Source: Desulfocapsa sulfexigens DSM 10523 (GTDB taxonomy: Bacteria > Desulfobacterota > Desulfobulbia > Desulfobulbales > Desulfocapsaceae). From it: 32,000 nt of DNA. Below are positions 9,087-18,874 of this stretch, in pieces; within the stretch, counting starts at the first letter, position 1; each line of letters opens with the position of its first letter. The DNA lies in assembly GCF_000341395.1 (NCBI RefSeq), contig NC_020304.1, positions 990,001 through 1,022,000 of the forward strand, in the 5' to 3' direction. The translations under genes and the position numbers were made by a program. The notes under the pieces were generated by a model, which saw only the letters and a list, made by a program, of their open reading frames with translations, searched no databases and had not been told where the DNA came from.

Positions 9087-9420
9087 TTGGACAATAAACC
9101 TATTTTCTTATTACTCACAATAATAGGACCCACAGGGTCAGCTCAAACAAAAAAACAACTACTTACAAATACCGGTGGGGAAATCATTTTTGAAAAAATA
9201 CAAGCTAACGATTCGACATTTCAGTACAATCCTAATGGATTGGAAATTATCATAACCGATCAAACCATGCCAGGCATGAGTGGTTCTGACCTTTCCAGAT
9301 GAATACTTCAGCTAAGACCTGATATCCGATATTTCCTGTAGTGGTCACGGTAAGCTGATTGACGAGGATTCGGTAAGAGGATTGGGATATAAATGATATC
9401 TTTTGATTATAAGAAAAGTG
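9087..9420 (+). pseudogene. Degenerate response-regulator receiver domain
   Basis: YNPNGLEIIITDQTMPGMSGSDLSR, in-frame TGA, ILQLRPDIRY, frameshift, SCSGHG, then LIDEDSVRGLGYK, TGA, YLLI. This matches the receiver pattern DLVITDQTMPGMTG.LA.EIL.LRPDIPI..CSG across two stops and frameshift(s). Confidence 0.7.
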
Positions 9421-10028
9421 GAAACCATAGATCATACATCCGGTTTCCACAAGTGTACACTTAGTTTCCGGACATAAACATATGACTGGGAAGCAGAGGG
9501 GTGATATCTCCGTTTAATTTTATATATTTTTTATTATCTTTTCCTGTATAAGCTTCAACCAACCGCCTCATAATTGGAAGCCCATCTCCAATTGCAGCCA
9601 GGACAAATCCCTTTCCTGCCGGGCGCAGATGTGTTTTCTCGATATCTATCATCTTACTCTCTCAAAGAAAAATACGGTTCAACGAACCTGACAGTCAAAA
9701 GCATCAGGCCAACTTCATACAATTATGTCTTACAAAACACTTGCAATTTGAGTGCCGCTTGCCTCCAAAGTACCAAGCAAAAGTGTTTTTGCTACATTTT
9801 CAAATTGTAATTAAGTATCCATACAGTTAAAACAACGACTCAATATTCGGCCATAACCGTGTGTTTTTTTTAAGACAGCTCCTGTCGCTATGATCGTCAT
9901 TTACCTACAAAGAACTTGCAGCTGTAATCTTGTTGAATTTTAAAGATTTCATGGTAACATTCTTATTATATTGATATCTTCAGAAAACGTTCCCAACTAC
10001 CATTGGTATTTGTATACGGAAGCCCCTA

Positions 10029-10922
10029 ATGCGAATAAAAACAGAAATTTTTCAGTCCATTTTTATAATTACCTGTGAAGGATCCAGTCTGGATTCTTCG
10101 CTTGCACAGGAATTTTTAGCTGCAATGAACGGGTTTCTGGTCAAGAGCAAACTGGATATTCTACTGGATCTGTCGCTTGTGAATTTTGTTGACAGCACCG
10201 GACTTGGATCCGTCGTGCGCGCCCTCAAGCAAATCGATGGGGTTGGTAAACTGGTATTATGCGGAGTTGATGAACGTATATTCGAGTTACTCAGAATGAC
10301 CCGAATGGACAAACAAATTATTCAACAGGCAAATCGAGGGACAGCCCTGAGCTATCTTTTCTGGGAAAGAAAGAAAACGGAGCCTGTTCCGGTCACCCGC
10401 CCGCCGGCACCTCAGACAGTCAAAGCTCAAAAAATGGAAAAGGTGGTTGTGGAGAAGTATCATGCACAACCCATGTTATGGGAGGTGGACGAAGCGGACT
10501 TTGAAGAGATTGTGGATGAGGAGTACGAGGCAGAAGGCAGCATACCCATCGTAAATCCAGCACAAGAGCAGGAACGACGAAAATACCGACGAATCAACCA
10601 TAGGCAAATCATGACCGATGATTTTATCATCTACTGTAAAAACACCACAACGGGAAAACACCACCCGGCAGTTGTGCTGAATATCTCGCCCGGCGGCCTC
10701 CTTATGACATCGCGAGCCCGGCTTGCCATTGGCGACGAATTACTTCTGGAAGGCCGTATCGGAAAAAACTTTAAATTTAAAGAACGCGCCGTTTCCCGCG
10801 CATCCAGGGAGCAAAAATACGGACTCGAATTTATTGATCTTTCCCCGGAGACTGCTCATTTTCTTAACCGACTCACTGGCTCCATCGATATCACAAAATC
10901 CAACAAATTCCTCCAGATTTGA
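10029..10922 (+). CDS. STAS-domain (anti-sigma factor antagonist-like) protein fused to a C-terminal PilZ domain
   Basis: 297 aa; STAS signature LSLVNFVDSTGLGSVVRAL; PilZ signature ERRKYRRINHR...VLNISPGGLLM. Confidence 0.85.
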   Translation: MRIKTEIFQSIFIITCEGSSLDSSLAQEFLAAMNGFLVKSKLDILLDLSLVNFVDSTGLGSVVRALKQIDGVGKLVLCGVDERIFELLRMTRMDKQIIQQANRGTALSYLFWERKKTEPVPVTRPPAPQTVKAQKMEKVVVEKYHAQPMLWEVDEADFEEIVDEEYEAEGSIPIVNPAQEQERRKYRRINHRQIMTDDFIIYCKNTTTGKHHPAVVLNISPGGLLMTSRARLAIGDELLLEGRIGKNFKFKERAVSRASREQKYGLEFIDLSPETAHFLNRLTGSIDITKSNKFLQI

Positions 10923-10955
10923 TCAGAGTAACCCTCCACCAGGGTGGATTCACGA

Positions 10956-11672
10956 TTATCCTGAAATATTCTTCTGGATATCGAGCTGCATTTCCTCCAG
11001 TACTTTAAGCGGATCGGCAGCCTTGGTGATCGGCCGCCCCACAACCACATGATCGGCACCCGTTGCAATGGCCCGACCGGCAGTGATAATACGTTTCTGA
11101 TCATCGGAGCCATCGCTCACATTCGCCCCTGGTCTGATACCGGGAGTGACAATCAACAACTTATCACCAAGATCCCTGCGTAAACGTTCGGCCTCAAGGC
11201 CCGAAGAAACAACGCCATCACATCCAAGTTCCAGAGCCCGCCGGGCACGGAAAAGGACGAGATCCTCAACGGACTGGGTCATCCCCATGGCCCGCAGATC
11301 CTCTTCGCCAAAGCTTGTCAGCACCGTCACTGCAAGCAGCTGCAGATCACCCCGCGCCTCCATTGCAGCCCTGATAATTGCATCGTTGCCATGGATAGTC
11401 GCAAGGGACACCCCTCTGTTGTTGAGCTGTTCAACGGCAAGTTTTACTGTTTCTGGAATATCGAAAAATTTCAGGTCAAGCATCACCTTATGGCCACGAT
11501 CAATGATCCAGTCCACCACCTCAAAATAAGAGGCCATAAAGAGCTGAAGTCCAACCTTAAAATAACGGGTACGGGACTCACAACGCCTCACCATCTCTTG
11601 TGCAAGCTCGGGATTGTCAACATCCAGAGCAACGATGATTCTGTCCTGCAGTTCTATCTGTTTAGTCATCAC
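10956..11672 (-). CDS. pyrF: Orotidine-5'-phosphate decarboxylase
   Basis: 238 aa; IIVALDVDN, VMLDLKFFDIPETV, VTPGIRP, VVVGRPIT motifs. Confidence 0.95.
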   Translation of the reverse strand: MMTKQIELQDRIIVALDVDNPELAQEMVRRCESRTRYFKVGLQLFMASYFEVVDWIIDRGHKVMLDLKFFDIPETVKLAVEQLNNRGVSLATIHGNDAIIRAAMEARGDLQLLAVTVLTSFGEEDLRAMGMTQSVEDLVLFRARRALELGCDGVVSSGLEAERLRRDLGDKLLIVTPGIRPGANVSDGSDDQKRIITAGRAIATGADHVVVGRPITKAADPLKVLEEMQLDIQKNISG

Positions 11673-11724
11673 TGGTCTCCTCTACAATTCGTCTTATTTT
11701 AGTACACACTGCTCTGCCACCTGT

Positions 11725-12540
11725 TCAGCCAACAGCTCCCTGGACAATTTCGGAATCAAAATAATTTACAGACATACCGGCGTCAACCACCACGGTCTGA
11801 GCGGTAATTCCGGAGGAACGAGGAGACAGAAGAAAGGCAGCAAGATCTGCGGCCTCACGGGTTTTGAGAGCTTTTTTCCGTAAAATTGCTTTCTCAGCAT
11901 AGAGGTAACTGTCAACATAACCGGGGATCCCCGCTGATGCTGAGGTCTTCAACAAACTTGGTGCCACTGCATTAAAACGCACATCTGAAAACGAGGAAAA
12001 TGATTTTGCCAGAAAACAGACGGAAGAGTTCAGAGCCGCCTTGATGGGGGCCATGTAACCATAATTTTCAGCAGCCATACTGGTGGTGGAGATGGAAATA
12101 GTTACCACAGATGCCTCCTTGGTAAACAGCTCACGGAAGTGATTACAGATGGAAATAAAAGAAAAACAGGAGACATCAAAGGCCTGAAGAAAATCCTTTT
12201 TCAGGGTACCATGAAATGGCGTTAATCCTTCTGAATAGTTTGCATAGGCTATGGAATGAACCAGACCGTCAATACGCCCACCTTCTCCTTCATTTACTGC
12301 CACACCTATCTCTTTCCGAACCCGAATAATATTTGCCTCATCCTCTACGTCACAGAGAAATACGGGAGAATCAGGAAAGAGTTTTCTGGCGGCTTCCGCC
12401 CGCTGCTCGGAGCGCACCACATGAATAACCCTGCCGCCTTCCTCCACGAGCACTTTGGCAATGGCAGCGGCCACTGATTTTTTATTGGCAAGGCCAAAAA
12501 CCACAAATGTCTTCCCTTCTATCTGTAAAAAACCCATCAT
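11725..12540 (-). CDS. fabI: Enoyl-[acyl-carrier-protein] reductase [NADH]
   Basis: 271 aa; [47 protein letters not shown]. Confidence 0.88.
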   Translation of the reverse strand: MMGFLQIEGKTFVVFGLANKKSVAAAIAKVLVEEGGRVIHVVRSEQRAEAARKLFPDSPVFLCDVEDEANIIRVRKEIGVAVNEGEGGRIDGLVHSIAYANYSEGLTPFHGTLKKDFLQAFDVSCFSFISICNHFRELFTKEASVVTISISTTSMAAENYGYMAPIKAALNSSVCFLAKSFSSFSDVRFNAVAPSLLKTSASAGIPGYVDSYLYAEKAILRKKALKTREAADLAAFLLSPRSSGITAQTVVVDAGMSVNYFDSEIVQGAVG

Positions 12541-12687
12541 TCCCTCTTTATCTTTTGATTTCCTCTTTATCTTTTATATTCAAGAATCGTAATTTCGGAA
12601 GAATACACCAGGACATTATCTGAGAATAACCTTTTTTCATTGCGATCGAAAGGAAAGATGCTGAACACAAAAAAAGAAGCGGACAGA

Positions 12688-13965
12688 CTATGATTTAATT
12701 CCCCGTAGCGCCCACCATCCACAGAAGAGAAATAATTCCACAATTCCAAGCAGCCCGTAATAGCCAAGATTTTCACCCAGCCGGTTCAGCGGATCCAGTA
12801 CCAGACCTCCTGAGGCTGATGCCAGGAATTGAGAGAGAAAAGTAGACATTGTCACCAAAGCCATATAGCGGCCAGACATACCTGTGTTTGCTGCCAGCTT
12901 GACACTCAAAGAGGTTCCGGCGACCATAATCGCCCCAAAACATGCTCCGAAAATGGCCATACAGACCATTACCAGCGGACTGCCTGCACTCAACATAAAA
13001 AGAAAAACCGGAGCAACCACTGCAAGGACGCCGCCGGCCCGTAACAGCAAAGCAACCTCACCAACCTTTCGTACCACAGGTTCGATGAAGCAGGAGGAGA
13101 GCAGTCCACCAAGCAACAGACAGATCATCAGCTCTGCACTTGTACGCTTGACATCTTCCACCATCATCAAATCATCAACCATAAAAACAAGAAAAAGCGG
13201 TACCATAAGGATACCGGCAAGGAAGCAACTACGGGCCATGAGAAATTTTTTAAAATCAACTGTCAGGGCCAGGGGTGATATCAGAGGAAGTTTCTCTTTC
13301 CCTATTTGGCCGTTATCTTTTGTTACCAGGAGAAAAGAGAGCAGTGCCATGGAGGTGAAGACAAATGCAACTCCTGCAACAGGAAGAAAAGCGTATGAAA
13401 GAGTAAGTGGGAGTGACAGGGGGAAGAATCCGAAGGCAGCGGCACCCATTATGGAACCAAGAAAATGCATAAAAACCAGGGATGCGGTAAATTTCTCACG
13501 GGGACGGAATCTCTCGTCATCTGTCAGGAGGGTTAACAGGGCAGCATCGGTAACAACCCGTGACAGAAAGACAGCTATCATTGCTGTTGCCACCACTCCA
13601 TATCCTTGTACGAAAGCTATCATTGCCAGGGGAGGTAATGCCAGAGAAACGGTTGTGACCACAAACCATCGATGCCTACGACCATCAGCTCTACGATCGA
13701 CAAAAGATCCGGCATACCAGAGCAGAAACAGACTGATAAAAGCTGCAGAGCAGTTAATAAAAGCAAGATGGAATCCTTTACTCTCAGGACCGGTAATCTG
13801 CACAACCAGAAGGGGAAGAGTGAGGACGAACAGACCAGTATGGGAAAAGGTTCCCGCCATTCTGGGCATGGCGAATAAGAAGGGAGGCAGCCAGCCGTTT
13901 CCAGTACTCGACACTTTCTTTCTCAAGACAGCCCGGTAAAAGTGATATAAAAATAGAAGACACAA
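12688..13965 (-). CDS. MFS transporter (true start probably the internal ATG near 13869)
   Basis: Highly hydrophobic ORF of up to 425 aa with about 12 TM-like segments and an MFS-like loop GSFVDRRADGRRHR. The upstream part of the ORF overlaps the preceding CdsA-like gene. Confidence 0.75.
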   Translation of the reverse strand: MCLLFLYHFYRAVLRKKVSSTGNGWLPPFLFAMPRMAGTFSHTGLFVLTLPLLVVQITGPESKGFHLAFINCSAAFISLFLLWYAGSFVDRRADGRRHRWFVVTTVSLALPPLAMIAFVQGYGVVATAMIAVFLSRVVTDAALLTLLTDDERFRPREKFTASLVFMHFLGSIMGAAAFGFFPLSLPLTLSYAFLPVAGVAFVFTSMALLSFLLVTKDNGQIGKEKLPLISPLALTVDFKKFLMARSCFLAGILMVPLFLVFMVDDLMMVEDVKRTSAELMICLLLGGLLSSCFIEPVVRKVGEVALLLRAGGVLAVVAPVFLFMLSAGSPLVMVCMAIFGACFGAIMVAGTSLSVKLAANTGMSGRYMALVTMSTFLSQFLASASGGLVLDPLNRLGENLGYYGLLGIVELFLFCGWWALRGIKS

Positions 13966-14816
13966 CCCGCTGCCAGAAGAGAATCCAAGCGATCCAGAAC
14001 ACCACCCATTGTCATCAGGACCCTGCTGAAATCTTTCACATTGTTTCGCCTCTTGATCCAGGAGGCAAACAGATCACCGGCAGAACCTGCAACTGCCAGT
14101 AACAGTGACGCCGTAAAAATTTGCGAGGTGCCGAAGTGGGGTAAAGCGAAACTGATCAAAAAACCGGCGACCACTCCACTTCCCATACCGCCGAGGTATC
14201 CGACCACAGACTTATTTGGGCTCAGGGTGGGAAAGGGATGGGGGCTTCTAATCATCTTGCCGAGTACTGCGGCCAGAATATCATTGACCGCCACAACGGA
14301 AAAGGCCCATAACACATAATTTGTATCAGTACCGTAGTTAAATGAGTGAATCCCAATCCAGAATGCCAGACCGGCGCCAATCGACAGTGCCATAGTCCAG
14401 ACCGGGATGCCTCTCCCCTTGAATCGTGGCAGTAATAAGGCCCAGAAAGGTACAGATAAAGCCAGCAGGATCGGCAACCAGGGAAAATCTGGTGAGAACC
14501 AGAAAGCCAGCAGCGGTATGGGAAGAGAACAAGCAAGAGCAACTAAGATCTTGTTACCATATTTACCGTCAGCAGGATCGAGACCTGCCAGTTCAAGACA
14601 ACCGCAAATACACGCCACTGCCACCAGGGCTGTAAACGCAGAAAGTCCAAGCGAAGAAAAAACAACAACAAGCGGGATCAGAATGATCCACACCAGCAGG
14701 TTTACTATAAAGTCGGGACACCCTTTCCGGTATTGCCACACCCCAAATGGTACCCCCAGAGCAGGAAGCAGCAACCACAGTTCGAGAGCCCCGATGGCAA
14801 TATCCTGCCTACCCAT
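13923..14816 (-). CDS. CdsA-like phosphatidate cytidylyltransferase family membrane protein
   Basis: 297 aa hydrophobic; C-terminal motif SVVAVNDILAAVLGKMIRSPHPFPTLSPNKSVVGYLGG and AGSAGDLFASWIKRRNNVKDFSRVLMTMGGVLDRLDSLLA matches the CTP transferase signature. Confidence 0.85.
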   Translation of the reverse strand: MGRQDIAIGALELWLLLPALGVPFGVWQYRKGCPDFIVNLLVWIILIPLVVVFSSLGLSAFTALVAVACICGCLELAGLDPADGKYGNKILVALACSLPIPLLAFWFSPDFPWLPILLALSVPFWALLLPRFKGRGIPVWTMALSIGAGLAFWIGIHSFNYGTDTNYVLWAFSVVAVNDILAAVLGKMIRSPHPFPTLSPNKSVVGYLGGMGSGVVAGFLISFALPHFGTSQIFTASLLLAVAGSAGDLFASWIKRRNNVKDFSRVLMTMGGVLDRLDSLLAAGCVFYFYITFTGLS

Positions 14817-15466
14817 TAGGAGTCGTTCTCATCGGAAAGCAGAACAGCCAGGCGACGAAACCGCTGACTCATACTCAGAAGAATAAACGCTGCGAGGAGC
14901 ACAAAAAAGATATTCACTAATCCAACAGGATAATTGTAAAAATACACAAGAGGTGCTGGGAAAAGCCACAGCAGAAGGGATAACACAACCAGAGCAACAA
15001 ACAATTCGGCCTTCCCCACCCCTCCGTAAAATCGTTCCCCGAAAGTTGCCTCCATCTGAGTACCCAGATAGGCATTGAGTAACGCCAGGATCAGGCAGAA
15101 TGTTCCAAGCACGTTATTGGCAGCGGGTGAATAGGTGAGCCCGAGGAGAATAGCAACATCGGCAATACGATCAAAAAAATGATCGAGAAAATCACCTTTA
15201 CGGCTGGTACGATTATACATCCGGGCAACAATGCCGTCGAGACTGTCACAGACCCCGGAGAGAGCCACAAGCACTCCACCCAGTAGATAAAAAACAGTGT
15301 CGAATCGTGCAAGGTAAAAAGAAAGCCCGGCAGCACAACCGCCCAACAGACCGAAATATGTGATGGTATTGGGATTCCAGCCAGACAGAAATCTGGCCAG
15401 AGGAGTGAATATGGTTATAAAAAAAGTACGGATAGTAATCTCCTCAAGAAAAAAAGCACCAATCAA
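14816..15466 (-). CDS. CDP-alcohol phosphatidyltransferase family protein
   Basis: 216 aa; signature DGIVARMYNRTSRKGDFLDHFFD (DGxxARx8GxxxDxxxD); overlaps the next gene start by one base. Confidence 0.88.
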   Translation of the reverse strand: MIGAFFLEEITIRTFFITIFTPLARFLSGWNPNTITYFGLLGGCAAGLSFYLARFDTVFYLLGGVLVALSGVCDSLDGIVARMYNRTSRKGDFLDHFFDRIADVAILLGLTYSPAANNVLGTFCLILALLNAYLGTQMEATFGERFYGGVGKAELFVALVVLSLLLWLFPAPLVYFYNYPVGLVNIFFVLLAAFILLSMSQRFRRLAVLLSDENDS

Positions 15467-15556
15467 ACGCCGCCAATCTATACCTGTTCAGGGAATAGCA
15501 CAACACCTTTTGTAATATTTTTCCATGGTCTTTGACTCATTAATCAGCTACACTGC

Positions 15557-18061
15557 GTGATTCTTTTAATCTATAGCAATTACGAGGAAAAATATTCAGG
15601 GAGCCGACAAAACAGTGACGTAACAATGGGATTTATTTTAAAAAGATGTGATTCTCTCTTCCAACAGCTCAGTGCCCTGGTGCAGAGATACAGGGGGGGT
15701 ACCCTGTTGTTTTGCGCAACGGTGACGGTAATACTTGGTGCCCAGCTCCCCAATATGCGCTGGGACACGTCCACTGAGGGATATCTTTCCCCGAGCGATC
15801 CAACTATCACAGAATACCACAAATTTCAGGAAATTTTTGGTTCCGATGATCTGATTCTCATCGGAATCGGGACAGAAGACGTTTTCACTGTAACATTTCT
15901 TGAGCAGCTACTCCTCCTCCATGACGAACTTGCCCTTGGTGTCCCCCATCTTGCCTCTATTTTCAGCCTGGCCAATGCAACCGCTGCCAGCAGACAGGGT
16001 GACCAGCTCTTTGTAACACCATTGCTTCAAGGGTTTCCAAAGAGCATACCAGACATGGAAAAATTGCGCAGTAAGGTCAACGACAACCCTCTACTGAAAA
16101 ATCGTCTCGTTTCCAAAAAGGGCGACTTTGCGACAATTATTCTGAAAATTGCCACAAAAACCGAGACAGACCCCATTTCGCTGGATCAGGCTCTTGCGGG
16201 TTTTACCGAACCTGACAACTCCAAACAGGCAGCGGAAGCCAGTTCGCTAAGCAATACACAAAATGACAGCGTTGTCACTGCTGTTCAGAAAATAGTCAGC
16301 ACCCACCATGAAAAAAACTTTGAGGTGGTTGTCACTGGTACGCCCATACTCAAGCAGGTTCTTCGCAGGTCCATGACCCAGGATGCAGCCCTTTTTATCA
16401 AGCTCGCCACACTCCTGATTGCTTTGCTGCTATGGCTTATTTTTCGAAAATTTGCAGGTGTGCTTATCCCCCTGCTGGTAGTAAGTAGCTCGGTGATATC
16501 CACCATCGGTCTGATGGTTCTCTGTGGCAAGGCCTTCAAGGCTCCAACCATCATTCTCCCATCATTCCTCATGGCCATGGGCGTGGGTGCCAGTATTCAT
16601 CTGATGACTATGTTTTACCATAATCTTCGCCAGGGAATGGATAAGGCATCTGCAATAAACACGACCATGGGCCATTCCGGAATGCCAGTTTTTCTCACCA
16701 GCATCACAACCGGAGTGGGACTGATTTCCTTTGCCGGGGCAGAGGTGGCTCCTGTAGCAGATCTTGGACTTTTTGCTGCCATAGGGGTAATGATCGCCTT
16801 TATTTACACCATACTTCTGGTGCCTTCGCTCCTCGCATTTCTGCCTGCAGACCAGAAACGGGCCGGTTTTTCCCAGAGCGGCTATCAGAGACAAAACCGG
16901 ATCCTTTCTGCAGTAGCCAGCTTTTCCGTTACCAGATCACGCCTGATTATTGTCTGCTCCGGCCTGTTTGTGGCTCTTGCTGTCAGCGGAATTCCAAAAA
17001 TTCATTTCAGCCATGATCCTTTGGCTTGGCTACCGGAAAATCTTCCTCTGCGAAAGGCCACCGAAAAGGTACAGGAGGCCCTTGGGGGAGTAATATCTGT
17101 AGAAGTGCTGATTGACAGCAGGCATAAGAATGGTATCTACGATCCCGTATTCCTCAAGCGCCTTGAACAGGTAGAGCAGCGGCTTGAGAACTTTTCAGCA
17201 GCGGGGATCAGGGTGGCACAGGTCTCTTCTGTGGTTGATCTTCTCCATGATGTTCACATAGCTCTGCTCTCCCCTGACTCTCAAAACACTTCACTGCCTG
17301 AAGATCGAAAACTTGCCGCCCAGGAACTGCTGCTCCTGGAAAACGGTATTCCAGCCCAGCTTTTTGAAATGATCGATGGTGATTACGCTATTGCCCGTCT
17401 CAGCATTATGTCTCCCTGGCGTGACGCTGTCGCCTACGCGCCTTTTTTATCGGAACTGGAAACAGAAATCAGTACAACCATGGGAGAAAGCGCTACCGTT
17501 TCAGTCACCGGCATGATCCCCCTCCTGGCCCGTACCCTCAGCGCAGCCATGCACAGTGCTGCCAGGAGTTATCTTCTCGCCGGATGCATCATCAGTCTGC
17601 TCACAATTCTAATGATGGGTACACTCAAACTGGGACTGATCAGCTTAGCCCCCAACATCCTGCCCATCGCCACCATACTTGGAGTCATGGGATGGACGGG
17701 AATTCCGCTGGATATATACACCATGCTTTCCGGGTCCATTGCCATTGGTCTGATTGTGGACGATACCATTCACTTTATGTACAACTTCCGCCGTTATCAG
17801 AAACGTGGTATGGGAACAGATCAGGCAGTACGCAGCAGCCTTTTGACCACAGGCCGTGCCATACTGATTACCAGTGTAATCCTTGCCTCAGGAGCCTTTA
17901 TCTGCACCCTGTCTGAGATGAACAATCTCTTTAATTTTGGTCTGTTGACCGGGATCACAATCCTTCTTGCCATGGCTGCTGACTTTCTTCTTGCCCCAGC
18001 CATACTGACCGTGAGCTATAGCCCAAAAATTCCTTCTGATGGAGTAGAAAAACCGATATGA
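15557..18061 (+). CDS. MMPL/RND-superfamily transporter (start could be the internal ATG at 15626)
   Basis: Up to 834 aa; two repeats of a large extracytoplasmic domain plus TM clusters; GVGASIHLMTMFYHNLR and GLIVDDTIHFMYNFRR motifs typical of MMPL/Patched-like proteins. Confidence 0.9.
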   Translation: MILLIYSNYEEKYSGSRQNSDVTMGFILKRCDSLFQQLSALVQRYRGGTLLFCATVTVILGAQLPNMRWDTSTEGYLSPSDPTITEYHKFQEIFGSDDLILIGIGTEDVFTVTFLEQLLLLHDELALGVPHLASIFSLANATAASRQGDQLFVTPLLQGFPKSIPDMEKLRSKVNDNPLLKNRLVSKKGDFATIILKIATKTETDPISLDQALAGFTEPDNSKQAAEASSLSNTQNDSVVTAVQKIVSTHHEKNFEVVVTGTPILKQVLRRSMTQDAALFIKLATLLIALLLWLIFRKFAGVLIPLLVVSSSVISTIGLMVLCGKAFKAPTIILPSFLMAMGVGASIHLMTMFYHNLRQGMDKASAINTTMGHSGMPVFLTSITTGVGLISFAGAEVAPVADLGLFAAIGVMIAFIYTILLVPSLLAFLPADQKRAGFSQSGYQRQNRILSAVASFSVTRSRLIIVCSGLFVALAVSGIPKIHFSHDPLAWLPENLPLRKATEKVQEALGGVISVEVLIDSRHKNGIYDPVFLKRLEQVEQRLENFSAAGIRVAQVSSVVDLLHDVHIALLSPDSQNTSLPEDRKLAAQELLLLENGIPAQLFEMIDGDYAIARLSIMSPWRDAVAYAPFLSELETEISTTMGESATVSVTGMIPLLARTLSAAMHSAARSYLLAGCIISLLTILMMGTLKLGLISLAPNILPIATILGVMGWTGIPLDIYTMLSGSIAIGLIVDDTIHFMYNFRRYQKRGMGTDQAVRSSLLTTGRAILITSVILASGAFICTLSEMNNLFNFGLLTGITILLAMAADFLLAPAILTVSYSPKIPSDGVEKPI

Positions 18062-18870
18062 ACCGTTCGCCGCTATTAGCCATATTTTTTCTACCTTTTT
18101 TTCTCTCTGCACTCCTGCCGTCCTGCACCTTTGCCGCACAACTTTCGGCCCTGGAAATCATGCAACAGGTACAACAGAGGGACACCGGCAGCAGTTCTAC
18201 TGCAGAAGTTGAGATGATTCTGATCAGTCAAAACGGTTCACGTCGGGTCCGCCAATTAAAGCTTTTCAGCAAAACCTACGAACTGTTTACCTCAAGAAGT
18301 ATCTACTTCCAGGCCCCGGCTGATGTTCACGGAACCGCCTTTCTTATCCGTGACTACAAGGCGGCTGATCAGGAAGATGAACAGTGGCTCTATCTGCCGG
18401 CACTTCGAAAGACAAAACGTATTTCCACCAGTGATAAGGGAGGAGCATTTATGGGGTCTGACCTCAACTATGCCGACATGGGAAGTGATTCCCTTGACGA
18501 ATCCACCTACACCCTCGTCAAGGAAGACATGGTAGACGGCCATCCTGTCTGGGTTATCGAAGCGCGTCCCACAACTGAAGGATACGCTCTAAAGAAAGGA
18601 TATACAAAATCACTGCTTCTCATCAGAAAGGATAATTATGTAATTGTGAGATCGGTCAACTGGCTGCTTAACTCCACCCGTATGCGATATATGAATGTCA
18701 TGGAACTTGAAGAAATTGATACCATCTGGTCTCCAACCATGGTTCGTATCTGGACCACTGAGAACCGGACAACGATTCACCAGACTCTTCTGCAAACACG
18801 AAATCTGCGTTTTAATGTGGATCTCTCCGACGATCTCTTCTCCCTGCGCCAATTGGAGACAGGTTATTAA
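18058..18870 (+). CDS. LolA-like outer-membrane lipoprotein-sorting family protein
   Basis: 270 aa; signal peptide; RVRQLKLFSKTY...SRSIYFQAPADVHGTAFLIRDY...DEQWLYLPALRKTKRIS...GSDLNYADM is characteristic. ATGA-type overlap with the MMPL gene. Confidence 0.88.
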   Translation: MNRSPLLAIFFLPFFLSALLPSCTFAAQLSALEIMQQVQQRDTGSSSTAEVEMILISQNGSRRVRQLKLFSKTYELFTSRSIYFQAPADVHGTAFLIRDYKAADQEDEQWLYLPALRKTKRISTSDKGGAFMGSDLNYADMGSDSLDESTYTLVKEDMVDGHPVWVIEARPTTEGYALKKGYTKSLLLIRKDNYVIVRSVNWLLNSTRMRYMNVMELEEIDTIWSPTMVRIWTTENRTTIHQTLLQTRNLRFNVDLSDDLFSLRQLETGY

Positions 18871-18874
18871 AAAG

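Noticed and set aside
10922-10956. Small stem TCCACC/GGTGGA between the convergent STAS-PilZ and pyrF genes as a possible bidirectional terminator.
   Set aside because: Six-base stem with a two-base loop is too short and sterically doubtful; no T tract on either side.
12884-13939. 351-aa + strand ORF antisense to the MFS gene.
   Set aside because: The minus strand encodes a clear multi-TM transporter; the + strand translation is rich in T/R/K with no domain signature, typical of a shadow ORF.
18695-18874. N-terminal extension of the DUF1302-like ORF overlapping the LolA-like gene.
   Set aside because: A signal peptide begins at the in-frame ATG at 18875 directly after the LolA-like stop, so the extension is not likely to be translated.
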